NCBI GenBank assembly: GCA_965153355.1
Contig: OZ231126.1
Coordinates: 31,558,001 to 31,622,000, forward strand
Reading direction: 5' to 3'
From: Flaccisagitta enflata
Taxonomy: Eukaryota
DNA length: 64,000 bases
Positions 28,633 through 41,220 of this stretch are shown in pieces (position 1 is the first letter of the stretch; each line of letters begins with the position of its first letter). The notes below the pieces were generated by a model, which was not told the origin of the DNA, did not search any database, and saw nothing but the letters and a program-made list of their open reading frames with translations. Both the position numbers and the translations under genes were made by a program.

Positions 28633-31600
28633 TCACGCCGACAAACGCGCCGGGTCAAGTTCCAATCGGACTACTTTACTCCTATCACGTGTGAATTTCT
28701 TCCCATTTGCCGTCCTCACTACCACAGTCCGCACGACGTCGCCTCCATCAACTTCCGTGATGACGCCGGTGCGCCAATCTCCTCGTCGACATTGATCGTC
28801 TACCAAGAGGACGACGTCGTCAATCTCCAAATCTTTCTCCACCCTGCGCCATTTTGGTCGCGCCTGCAAGGCCGAGACGTAGTCTCTTTTCCACCTTCTC
28901 CAAAACGCATCGGCAATTGCGCGTGATTGGCGCCAAGTATATCGAAGCGCTTCTGCATCTGGAGGTGAGGGGGGCACAAGGTCGCAACCGGAAGACGCGT
29001 ATACACCAGGGCAAAGAAAGTCTATTGGCCGCAAAGCCTGGATCCCCGGCTCATCACCCACATAGGTAATCGGCCGTGAATTCATGGCCAGCTCTGCCTG
29101 GGCCAATACTGTTGCAAAGGTCTCGATGTGGAGATTGTCTTGGTTCAGTCATGAACGCCAAATGTCTTTTGCAGATTGAACCAAGCGCTCCCATACTCCA
29201 CCTCGATGTGGTGCAACAGGTGGATTAAATGTCCATTGTATGCCCGTCAGCCTCAATTCAGGTTTTGCGGACAAATTCCATGCTTCCATTTCCGCGCGCA
29301 GTTCTTTGTCGGACGCGGTGAAGTTGGTGCCGTTGTCCGAATACAAATGGCGAATCGCAGGGCGGCGAGCTTGAAACCGCAAGAGGGCGTCGATGAAGCA
29401 AGAGGCGCTCATGGATCTCAATATCTCGAAGTGCACCGCGCGGCACGCAAGGCAGGTAAAAAGCGCGACGTACACTTTGTGAGATGCTCTCCCGGCGATT
29501 TTGCAAGAAGCAGGTCCAAAAATATCCACCCCCGCGTTCTCGAAGGGCAGACACTCGTCACGCTGGAGTCGTCCTCTGCATCGTAGCAAACCGGCGTCGT
29601 CAACGAAGGGGCATAACGCCGCCAGGGGTGATTTTGCGGCGACTTTTCTAGCCCCAACCGGATCACATTGTTGCAGGGATTTAATTTCCGCGTGGAAGGC
29701 TTGGGATTGAATGGCGCTGATGATCAATTTTTCGGCGTCGGCCAATTCGACGCCGGTGGGCGCCTTAACTTTGTCGGCGTCGTTGTATAACGCTCGGCGT
29801 CGATTGCGGACGATGCACATCATGATCGTGCGTTTCAGCAGTGCGATGCGCCTCAATTTTCCCGTCCAAGTCGCCACCTTTTCGCTGACGCGAATCACCC
29901 ACAATTGAGGCGGCGTTCTTTTCGGCGTCGCCGTCGTCGCAAGGATGTGAGCGGGAAATGGGCGTGTCACGATCTGCTTTTCCGGCCATTCGTCTTCGCC
30001 TCGCCAAAGATAATCCGGGCCGTTGTGGAACTTGCCCCAATTTGGATCTTGGGCGAGCATCCCTTTGGACGAGTAGTCGGCTGGGTTGAGGTGGGTTGGT
30101 ACCCACCTCCACTCCTCGACCTTCGTAAGCGCCTGAATTTCAGAGAGACGATTTGCAAAGTAAACCTTGAACCTTGTTTCAGTGTCATTTAATTGCTTAA
30201 TTACACATTCAGAATCGGTCCAATTTACATAACCATCATAACTCCCTGTTTCTTCAATAATGGTGGCGCGCATTCTGGCCGCGAGGCGTGCTGCTTGAAG
30301 CTCCAAGCGTGGCGTCGACTCCATGTGACCCGCCTCCACATCCTTCAGAGGGACGACGTGCGATTTGGAGCATACAATGGACACATGGATTTCGCCATTC
30401 GGACCCTCGTAGCGGACGTAGTACACGGCTCCATACGCCCGTCCACTCGCATCCGAATACCCGTGGAGGACCTTTTTGCCGTCCTGCGTTTCCGGCGTCG
30501 CCGTCCATCTCGTGATGCGGAATGACTCCAAGAATTTGAAACTCGCCTGCCATTCCACAAACTCGTTGAGGGACACGGTTGGAATGTCTTTGCTATCCCA
30601 ACTTTCGACGACGCGTAACACTTTTTGCAGAATTAGCCTTGCCCAAATCACGAATGGCTCCAAAAAACCCAGCGGGTCAAATATAGACGCTATTAATTTG
30701 AGCATTTGTCTTTTGGTTTGCACATTCAATTCGGCCTTTGATTTATCTGGCAAAAAGGAAAAAGCATCGGCAGAAAAAGAGTATCTAAGGCCTAACAATT
30801 TCGTCGTGTCATCAGTGGCGCCGGATACATCCATTGGCGCCGCCGGCGCCGGATCCGTCGTGTCGCCTTCAAGAACTTCCGGATGGCTTGATCTCCATTT
30901 GCATAGATTCATGCCGGCGTCCTCGAGGGCGGCCGTGATGCCCACGCGAAAGTCTTTAGCCACTTTGGTATTGCGCAGTGATTTTATCAAATCATCAATG
31001 TACATGTTCCTCATCACTGCTTGAACCACGAGTGGGCCATATTCAGCCGAGTGCTGTTCCACGTGGTGTTGCAGAGTGAAGATCGCTACACAATTTGATG
31101 ATTTTGCACCGAAGACGTGGCCGAGAAACTCGTTCAGGTCGATTTCCTCCATTTTTTCATCGCGAAACCAATAATAGCGGAAAAGTCCTGCGTCTTCTTC
31201 GGTGACATAGATCTCGTGGAAGTAATCCTTAATGTCCGCGCCCACGGCGACGGGACCTTCACACCGGAAGCGCATCAACACGCCTCTGATGTCGTTGGCA
31301 AGTTGCGGTCCGTCCAAGAGCTGGTCGTTAAGGCTTGATCCACCCACTGCTGCTTTACAATCGTGGCAGATGCGGACTTGCCCGGGCTTGCCGGGCTTGT
31401 CCGCCACATGGATTGGAATTGTCCATCTAGGTCGATCTGGTGGCATGTTGGCGTGCACATTTGGATCTATTTTCCTCACGCGCCCTTTTTCCCAGAATTT
31501 TGCCATAGTTTCGAATGTTATTCGGCGCCTTTCCGGGTCCCGCATTAATTGTTTTTTCAGTCGAAATAAGCGGTCTAGGGCCATCGTTGGGGAATCCAAA

Positions 31601-32399
31601 TTGTTTAGTGCATCGCAAGTTGCTTGCCTTCCACCTTTATGAAGGACAGGGGTCCGGTAGTGTTCCGTTTTCGGATCCCACCTAATGCCTTCCTTCATTT
31701 GGCGGATGGCAAACTTATCACTGAGAGACATATCTCGCTTATTTTCGTCCACTTTTTCAAATTCACCGGCATTTATTCTTTTTATGGTTTTTGCCAAATC
31801 TGAATCAATGCTGTGAAAGGAGCAAAATTGCAAACAAAATATCGCGAGTCAGTGTTGTTTCTAGGGCCGATCAGACCGGCGCCGAGCGGCGTGGAAATTC
31901 CCATGGGCAATCCCTCGGCGCCTTTGTATGTCTCTCCGCCGATCCAGATTCGAGCGTGCTCCGCGCCGATTATTACGCCGATAGAGCATCCGTCGTCGCC
32001 ATCCGGAAACGCAGGAAATTCCAGGTCGACGAGATGCTCCATCCCGGCGGCATCCTCAGCGCGTGGTGGTCTGTCGTCCTTCGATGCGATTATCTCCCCG
32101 AAGATGGCGTTGTTGAGAGTGATCCTGTAGCCGTTGGTACCTTCAACTACCACATCTGCCACTTCCCTCTCTCCCTCCACCATCTTCTCAAGGGTGGTTA
32201 TCGTCATCGTCGTTTTCCTCCCACTTAGTTTCAGTTTTTACATAAGTCCTTCGACACGACGTGTCGGTTGGCGCCGCCATCCATCAAAGCAAAAGTTTTA
32301 CTTTTCTTTCACCGTCGTTATGTACAGCGGCAAAATCAACCTCCACGCTCCGTCGTCGCCGCCAACTTTGAAGACGGAGTTGGTCGAAGGCGCCTCATG
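28633..32399 (-). pseudogene. pol: BEL/Pao Pol (protease, RT, RNase H, integrase) broken by several 1-bp frameshifts and an internal deletion
   Basis: ALMDGGA protease, YIDD RT, YSDAS/PRLELQAA/WTDS/NPAD RNase H, GVDIFGP/SDNGTNF/GGVWERLV integrase, FWRRWKRDY C-terminal domain. Confidence 0.92.
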
Positions 32400-35099
32400 T
32401 CACGCAGGCCCAGATCCTTTTTCGCCGGCGTCTTTGTTTTCAACAGTTTGTTTTCCCGCCGGGTTAGGTTCCGGGTGCGCTAGAGGGTGATGGAAGCCGT
32501 TGCACTTGTCGCAAGTGATCGTCGACGGACATGCCTTGGCGAGATGGCCTCCTTCGAGGCATCTGAAGCAGATGCCCAAGTTTTTGTTGAATTTCCGGCG
32601 GTCCGACGCGTTCATCTCGCTGTAAGTGGGGCAATCCGCTAGACCGTGTTTTCCGTCGCAACGAGGACAGAGGCCCGGCGTCGTTTTTGAAGCCGGCGTC
32701 GGCATCGCGTCCTTCTTTGCGGCGGCGTTGGCGGTCGTCGCGGAAATTTTGGCCGATGCAGCGGGCTTGTTTTGATTGTTGTTGCGATGGTATCCTGACA
32801 ACATTTCAGATATGGTTTGCTCTTCATCAATGAAATCAAGAAAATCAGCAAATTTCAAATCTGAACCATTTTTCTTCCTATACCTCACAACTTTCTTTGC
32901 CCACTTATCTTTTAGGAAGGGAAGCTTCTTCTCGACGATCGTCTTGACCACCAACTTGTTCTCGAAGTCGTCCGCCTTTTTCGTCTCGGTTGCGAACGAG
33001 TGGACACTCATCAACCGCGCGTAGAAATCGAGCATTCCGTTGTGATCTTTTTCGTCGATCGCTTTTCCCTGCAGCACTTCGTCAAGCATCTCCAACGCGG
33101 TCTCTTGGCGCATCCCGAACTTTTTCGTCAACTTTTCCAACGCCTCGTCGACGGCCGACTCCGACTTCTTCAGCGTCTCCGCCTCGATCAGCTTGAAGGC
33201 CGATCCCTCAAACCAATGCTGCAACTCGTTCAGCATTTGCTTCTTGGATACGCCCGGGATCTCCATCGCCTCGTTGAAGATTTTCATGTGCTTTTCGAAG
33301 TCCATTCTCTTGGTCGTATTTCCGGAGAACTTTTTGGCGGGTCTTGCTTCTTTCAGCTGGTGGATAGCCGTCTGCTTTAGCGCCGCCTCCAACTGTTGCC
33401 GCTGCAGTCGCAAGATGCTCGTCATTAGCGTGTCTGAGACGTTTGAAGCATGGCTGCTCGCACTGCTGGAAGCTATCGACGGCGCCTTCGAACGTGTTGA
33501 CGATGATCTTGACGCGATTGACGAGCGGCTGGGGCTTTTCACTTTCTGAGGATGTACCGTCGCCGGTGCATCTGTCTTTGCCCCTGGCTTTTCGTCTTTC
33601 GTCTTGATCCCTCTCTTTGTTCTCTCTTGTTCTCCTGACTCCATTTTCTTTGGCTTCACGTCACCCAATTTACGGTAAGGCATTGTCGGTGGTTTTTTGA
33701 CCTCCGTCTTTGCCTCTTTTTCCTTGTTTGGGTCTTCGGCGTAAAGCTTCTTTTTTGACTTTCGCAGTGGATCCGGTAGCGATCTCTCTGTGATTGACGG
33801 CGTCTTCACCTCCTTCTTAGCCGTCGACGTCGGTCTCGACGTCACTCCGTTCACCCACGCGCTCGTCAATGCATCCGGAGTTTCGCCACCGAATGCTGCA
33901 CCTGCGGCGGTCATCTCCAATCCGGCGCCAGCGTCCCTCGACTTTTCTCCCTCCTCGACGGCGCCGCTTGCCGTTGACTGTTCGCCTTCATTCGCCGCTA
34001 TCAAGTCCTGCAGCTCCGCCGCATTTTTGTCGATGTTATCCATTTCTTTCTCGTGGAGGGTTTTGTCGAGGTCCTTTTGCCTTTGTATGTCTTGGATAAT
34101 GCTTTGATGATACGCAATATCCGCGTCCGCTTGCGCGTCGTTGGATTTTATCCGTTCCTTCTCGGCTTCCCTTTTTCTCTGTCTGTCTTTCTCCACCTGC
34201 CGTGACATCACCGTCGACGTTTTGCTCCTCTGGGATCCCTTTTCTGACGACCTCGTCGAACGTATCGTCGACCTGGCATTTTCCGCGTCGTCGTCGCGTT
34301 CGGGATCAGCACGTGGAGTAACAGAGGTGGTCACGCTTTGAGGTTTTTCGGCCTCTTTGTCTTTTTTGTTGGCCTCTGCCGCTGTCCGCAGTTCATTTTC
34401 GGCCAATTGGAAGCCGGATGGAAGTGGCCGAGCTTTCGGCCGAATGGAGTCATCTATGGTGAGTTCTGCTGCCGCCGCGGGGGGTGTCGCTGGAGGAGGA
34501 GGAGGAGGCGGATGTGACGGGTTTTGGCGTCTTTCCGGCGTCTGACCGCCGACTACGTTTTCGAGTACCTTTCTTCCGGCAGTCACTGTCAACGATACCC
34601 TCTTTTTCAATGAGTTCAGCATCGACGCTGGAGGCGCCGTCTCTTTCGTCACTTCCGGTCTCCTCCTTCTTTCCTCTTCGCCTTCACCTCTTCCGCTCGT
34701 CCTGCTTTCGTGCAGCAGCGGTAATCCCCCCAACGCCCCGACGTCCTCCGCCGGGTCGTCAACAGTCTCGTCGACGTCCCCTGCCGATTGCGTCTTGAAG
34801 TGGGATTCGAGCGTTATTTTGTAACGAACCATGTCTTGCATCAATTGTCCGGCCATTTCCCTGGCGTTGGGCTCGTTCTCAATTTTGCAGGCATTATATT
34901 CGTCTAAACGCTTCTCGTAGAGGTCGCAGAATGCGTCGCTTTTTAAGTTCAATTCGGTTTGCGCCTCCTCCGACGGTGTTTTTGTCGCGTGGTCGAGGGC
35001 TACCGTCATTGAGTTAAAGCTTTTCTCCAATTCTCGCCTCACGTGTGCCACGATGCGCAGGTCCCATACTGTGGCTTCGATCGGTCTGATGTTCGCCAT
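32400..35099 (-). CDS. gag: BEL/Pao Gag (899 aa)
   Basis: KFSGN...DFEKH capsid-like region and triple knuckle CPRCDGKHGLADC / CFRCLEGGHLAKAC / CDKCNGFHHPLAH, typical of BEL/Pao. Confidence 0.92.
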   Translation of the reverse strand: MANIRPIEATVWDLRIVAHVRRELEKSFNSMTVALDHATKTPSEEAQTELNLKSDAFCDLYEKRLDEYNACKIENEPNAREMAGQLMQDMVRYKITLESHFKTQSAGDVDETVDDPAEDVGALGGLPLLHESRTSGRGEGEEERRRRPEVTKETAPPASMLNSLKKRVSLTVTAGRKVLENVVGGQTPERRQNPSHPPPPPPPATPPAAAAELTIDDSIRPKARPLPSGFQLAENELRTAAEANKKDKEAEKPQSVTTSVTPRADPERDDDAENARSTIRSTRSSEKGSQRSKTSTVMSRQVEKDRQRKREAEKERIKSNDAQADADIAYHQSIIQDIQRQKDLDKTLHEKEMDNIDKNAAELQDLIAANEGEQSTASGAVEEGEKSRDAGAGLEMTAAGAAFGGETPDALTSAWVNGVTSRPTSTAKKEVKTPSITERSLPDPLRKSKKKLYAEDPNKEKEAKTEVKKPPTMPYRKLGDVKPKKMESGEQERTKRGIKTKDEKPGAKTDAPATVHPQKVKSPSRSSIASRSSSTRSKAPSIASSSASSHASNVSDTLMTSILRLQRQQLEAALKQTAIHQLKEARPAKKFSGNTTKRMDFEKHMKIFNEAMEIPGVSKKQMLNELQHWFEGSAFKLIEAETLKKSESAVDEALEKLTKKFGMRQETALEMLDEVLQGKAIDEKDHNGMLDFYARLMSVHSFATETKKADDFENKLVVKTIVEKKLPFLKDKWAKKVVRYRKKNGSDLKFADFLDFIDEEQTISEMLSGYHRNNNQNKPAASAKISATTANAAAKKDAMPTPASKTTPGLCPRCDGKHGLADCPTYSEMNASDRRKFNKNLGICFRCLEGGHLAKACPSTITCDKCNGFHHPLAHPEPNPAGKQTVENKDAGEKGSGPA

Positions 35100-35194
35100 A
35101 GTATCTGATGTTACCTGCGTGTTGTGCTCGTGTATAGTAGGGGGTTATAATATAGGGTTAGCAACTTTCACCAGCGGCTTTGGTGTTTAAATAC

Positions 35195-35729
35195 TGTGAA
35201 GAACCGTAGAAAATACTGTCTCGTACCGTCATTAGGATCTTGCCGTCCACGCAACTTCCGACTGAAGACGCCATCGCAACGCCAATCACGCCGATAACGT
35301 CACTTCCGGTGGCGCTGGTTCCAACGTCAGTCTGTGGATGCTATCTCTAATCACTAGGTAAGAAAGTGTATTTAAACTATTATATACAAGGAAGAGAAAG
35401 AAAGAGAAACAGAAGAGAGAGGGGGGAGGGGTTGGTTAATACCTACCTACTAACTAGCTAGTGTGTATCATCAGTAACTACCTCAATCAATTCACATCAA
35501 TTGTCAACAAATGTAGCCAAGTACACTCACCACAGGTTCCACTGTAATCCCCAAAGTGCTTCCAGGTTGAATTGCTTGTTAAAATACACTGATTAACTGA
35601 AAGAAAGGATGCATCCAGAGAATCAAATATATCACCACAAGCAAATGAATAGCAACGCCAACGAGAGGACAATGAAATAGATCGCGGTACAAAGGCGCCA
35701 AGTGCCAAAAATATCAACGATATTCCACA
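35195..35729 (-). repeat. 5' LTR (535 bp)
   Basis: Direct repeat of 25810-26364; by eye it differs by one 20-bp indel between ACGCCA repeats and one substitution. Confidence 0.95.
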
Positions 35730-37558
35730 GTAGCTTTGATAAGTCATTGAATATTGTGAAATTGTGAATTGTGACAATTGTGTCAATCCACGATAAGTAA
35801 AATACCATTCCTGTGTCTAACCATGGCAATGAAAAAAAAGACAGTAATTTCAATATGTCACAGTGCAAACGAATACAAAATTTGACAAGTCAAAACGATT
35901 TATACGATATTTCTTATTTTATATATTCAAAGATTTTTTATTGAGATAAAGGATTTGTGGTTGGTAATCATCAATTTTTTGCATAGGAAAACGTTTTTCT
36001 GTACCATATGCTTAGGAAATGTGAGAAAAAAGGATGCGAAATTGATGGATTTTTTATAAAAATTGATTCTTGTGCATTGACAAGTCTCGCGTGAAAAACC
36101 GAATCTGTCTCTGAATTCAAAATTTTGCATTTTGAAAAACATGGCATCAGTCTAAACACTTTAAAGAAACAGGCCATGTGTTTAGAAATGCAAAATTTTG
36201 CATTCAGAGACAGATTCGGTTTTTCACGTGGTAACATCTCATGTTTTCCGTGTAATTATTTTTAAAGAATTCTGTTGTTTCACTAAGTATGCTGCGACAT
36301 TACCGATGCAAGATCAATACCATTGGTCAGTTAACCGGTTTTTAATAAATCTAGGGAGTATTAAGCATGCATAAGACTCTAGTTTTTGTTACATTTTCGC
36401 TGCATAGCAGCATATTCCATCACAGAACAGAACGATTTGTCAAATTTGACGCTGTTCTGCACCACGACATATGCTCCTACGCACTCATTTTTTTGATCTT
36501 CTCAAAATCCTTTTAGGGAGTAACAGTTAATCAAATTACCTACTCAGCAAAAAAATCAGAACTCAAAAAAGTTAATTTTGAGCCTGTAGCATCATTTTTT
36601 GTGAAAAAACGTCAGAAATTAAAGAAGGGGAAAAAACACCATATTTATAATTTTTAGAAAATTCATTTTGACAGCTTTTACAAAAATTGATGCTACAGGT
36701 ACAAAAATGAACATTCTTGAGTTCTGATTTTTTTTCTGAGTCACAAAATCAACATTCTAAGAACGCCTGAGAAGATTTTTGAGGCTGCTTAAAAAAATAA
36801 GCTTGCAGTTACAATTGTATGTCAAGTGCAAATCATACGCCATTGATGAATCATCATTTGACAAATTATGCAAAAATTGTCGCTACAGCCACAAAAATCA
36901 ACTTTTTTGAGTTCTGATTTTTTTGCTGGGTCACAAATTTGTCATACCACTACCACCTAAAAGGATTTTAAGTTATTCCAAAAAATGGGCTTGTAGTGCC
37001 ACTTTGAAAATCACTGTCTTTTTTATTTTTACCATAGTTATTCTACAGTCTACACCATACACCATGGCCTTTGCGTTTTTTGTTCCTGACCGACCAACTG
37101 ACAAACATAGTGGTTTGCAGGGCCGCGTGCACGCGACTAAAGATGTAAAATGCAATGTGAGTTTTTGAGCAGTGTATGAAAACACCTTCTCTAAAGAGTT
37201 GGATGACTCAAAACTGAATGTCAGACCAATGCGATGATATGGCACACAGACCAACCCACGGACCGACCGACTGACCAACTGTTTCATTTTCAAAATTGGT
37301 TTGAGCGAAATTTGTACCTGTAGTGAAAACAAAGCCGGTCACACGGCTACCCTAGTCGCGTGCGGGTGGGCATGGGCAGTGATGGAGAAGGTCACTGGGG
37401 CATTTGGGCAGGAGCGGTGAGCACAAAATGCTAAAAAAACGCCAAAAAAGTAAAATGGGGACCAACGGACGGACGGACGGACGGACGGACGGACGGACGG
37501 ACGGACGGACGGATGGACGGACAGACGGACGGACGGACGGATGGATGGACGGACAGAC

Positions 37559-37601
<43 letters not shown>

Positions 37602-38207
37602 AAGAAAGACAGATGGACGGACGGACGGACGGACGGACAAAGCGGATTGTAGAGTCGCGTAATACGCGACAAACAAGATAATAGACAAAAGCAAAGAAAA
37701 AACTGTTTTGGCTCCAAAATCTTGAGCAAAGTTGTAGTAATTGAAGTTCGGAAGTCTGAATATTTGGGTCAAGATGTTGCTTTTTCAGTCGGACTGTCGG
37801 ATATTTGCCGGAAGGAAATCTAAGACGATTCGGAAATTTGAAAGATCATAAAAACACTTTTCACTCTTCTTGGCGATCTCTTCTGCTTCTTTTCTTCCTG
37901 TGCCTTTTTCTACCCATCTCTCCTTACTTTACTCTGGCATTTCTTATTCTATTCACCCCACCCACCCTCCCAATTACCCCTATCAAGTCCTTGCTGCTAG
38001 TTCCTCCTTCCTTGGATTCTAATACTATATTTTCTCCTTTGTGCCCCTTTTTTCTAAATTTTAGTCATTATAAATTTTCTAGTTATCTTTCCCTTCTTAT
38101 GTCCCTTTTGCATTCTCCCCTGATCATACTCTACTTATTTCCAACAACTACTTAACATTCTTCCGGAATTCCTCTTCTTCTTTCTCGCCCACTTCCTTTT
38201 CCTTCCT

Positions 38208-38572
38208 TTAGTTTGGGTATAGTGAGGGATGTTGTTCCACCTGTCATACTATTCGGTACCTTGGATCAGAATGTCCGGCGGTCGCATATAGCTTGACCTC
38301 GATTCTATCCTTCAAGGGTATGGTTTCTTAACAATGTTACCCTCGGGTGATTTGTTGAATTTTGGTAACTCTGGTAACAATAATTAGCCCTTATCTATTT
38401 TGGTAAGCATTAGTGTTTTGGGTTAAACTCAGAATGGATGTTTGCTAAGTTAGTTTTGCTAAATGGAAAACTAGGAGTGATGCGCGTAGTGGCTAGTCAG
38501 TGAGGGCTCACAAGGCCCTCTTCCATATTTTTAGTTTGGGTATAGTGAGGGATGTTGTTCCACCTGTCATAC
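38208..38572. repeat. ~320-bp unit with partial tandem repeat; related diverged copy at 55190-55600
   Basis: Shared core aatgtccggcggtcgcat...gggtatggtttcttaacaatgttaccctcgggtgatttgttgaattt; each locus is 1.1-1.3 tandem units. Confidence 0.75.
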
Positions 38573-38936
38573 CTTCCATGTTACTCCTCTAACCCCTCAT
38601 TCTCAACCTTATGCCCTTACCCAGTATGAATTGTTTTCAGCTCTCTCTCCCTCAGCATCCCTCTCCCCTCCGATTCAACCCCCGGCCCTCTCCCTCATCG
38701 TTCCCTTGTACAAGAACTCGATCCCTAAATCCCAGTCATTGTTTTATGAATCTGCTTAATGATCAGTGACTGTCTGCTTATCTGTATGTTTATCAGCATT
38801 TTTCTCTGAACATTTTGCAGGTACGAAGTTGGGACATTCTTATTCACTTTTTCCCAACCGTTGATCTTTGGTGTGATTGTTTGTCTGTTTATTTGACTGA
38901 CTGTCATTCTGTCTGTCTGTCTTTCTGTGCGTTCTC

Positions 38937-39722
<786 letters not shown>

Positions 39723-40243
39723 GACGCCAGCGTTCCGTAATTTAATCCTTGCTCGCGTTTGTTATTTATTCCTGCCACAAGATACACAAAGGCCCAAATT
39801 GGATGTGTTTGGACGGTATTCACGATAATGACGGAAATATGATGATTTGATATCAGAGTGAACGCCCCCATTGATATGCCTTTAACATATATTTTCATAG
39901 TAAGGTTGTTGTTTCTGCGTGGCGAATAATAATCATAATTGGCCCAATCCATTGTTTACCACAATTATGAATACTTGACGTATCATTGATGTTACTGTGC
40001 GTGAAGTTGAAATAAATCTAATGGAAGAAGCACTCTAGGAGCCTTCTCTTGAGGGTTCATTCTTTCCTTTCCACCATTTCTCTTACTTTTCCAAGCTTTT
40101 TGCTCTCTAATTTTCATACTTTGTTTTCACTCTGTTATCCTCATGTACCTTTTTGCTTTCACTGTACCCTTCTTTTCATCTTTCATTTTCACTGTAACAT
40201 TTCCTTTTTCTTTTTTCTTTGTTAATAACAGAAGAGATGCTTA

Positions 40244-40676
40244 CAGTACGGTGGGAGCAATGAGGGCAGTACAAAGAGGGCCTTCTATATTCTTAATGTT
40301 TGAGAACTTAAAGCTTTAGTTTTTCTGAAAGCTGATGGTCCAAGGCATTGAGTGAACATAAAATCCCACACCAAGTGATTCAAAACAAAACTGACAATTG
40401 ATTTTTTAGCACTGCATGTGGCGCGATAGCTCTGTTGGTAAAGTGCTGAACTTGAGAGAAGATATTTCTTCTCTTCAGAGTCACAGGTTCAATTCCAGAG
40501 AGGTGTTGCACTTTTTTTCTTTTTGGTCAACAGTTACAGCTAAAGGTATGAAACTATATTCACTCAAAGCTCTTGCCCATCAGCTTTCAGAAAAACCATA
40601 GTTCGACCTACTTCATTAAGATAGTGTGGCAGAAAATGACCCTCCATCTGAGGTTCTCATTGCTCCCATCGTACTG
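40244..40676. mobile_element. MITE with TA TSD carrying a tRNA-like internal segment
   Basis: TIRs cagtacggtgggagcaatgag / ctcattgctcccatcgtactg flanked by TA; inner inverted pair ttttctgaaagctgatgg / ccatcagctttcagaaaa. Confidence 0.8.
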
Positions 40677-41147
40677 TACCTTCATATTGGTTATTCTTCA
40701 ATTGGCATGTGTCAATTGGTGAATGATAGGTACGATATGTAGAGCTCTTTTCAAAATTTTTACCAGAGACAAATTGGGGATGGAAGCTTTAACCCAGCCT
40801 TATTTATTTAAGACGGTCCACAGCCCGCTCTGGTTAGGCTTGTCTTTCTTTATTTTCCTCCTTTAAAACTAAAACTTTCACTTTCACGTACCTTGTTAAG
40901 TTTCCTCTCTTTTACTTTCCTTTTGTTAAGTTTCTTCTCTGTCTGAACTTTTATCTTTCCTACTTCTATTAACCACAGATAATACGGGTTGATAACTTGA
41001 TTTGTTAGGCAAAACCACCGTAAAATAAAAAAGTGCTGTTTTGTATCGTCGTTGACATTTCAAAGCGTTGTGACTTAGTTTCTTTCAACCGATTGGCGTT
41101 ATCAAAAAGAAGGCGCAAACGGGCAAACAGTTGATTTGTTCATTCCT

Positions 41148-41220
<73 letters not shown>

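Larger units (their letters stand above)
25810..35729 (-). mobile_element. BEL/Pao LTR retrotransposon, near full-length, recent insertion
   Basis: Near-identical TG...CA LTRs, 5-bp TSD GTAGC (25805-25809 and 35730-35734), G-rich PPT-like tract next to the 3' LTR, order gag(3 Cys/His knuckles)-PR-RT-RNaseH-IN. Confidence 0.97.
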
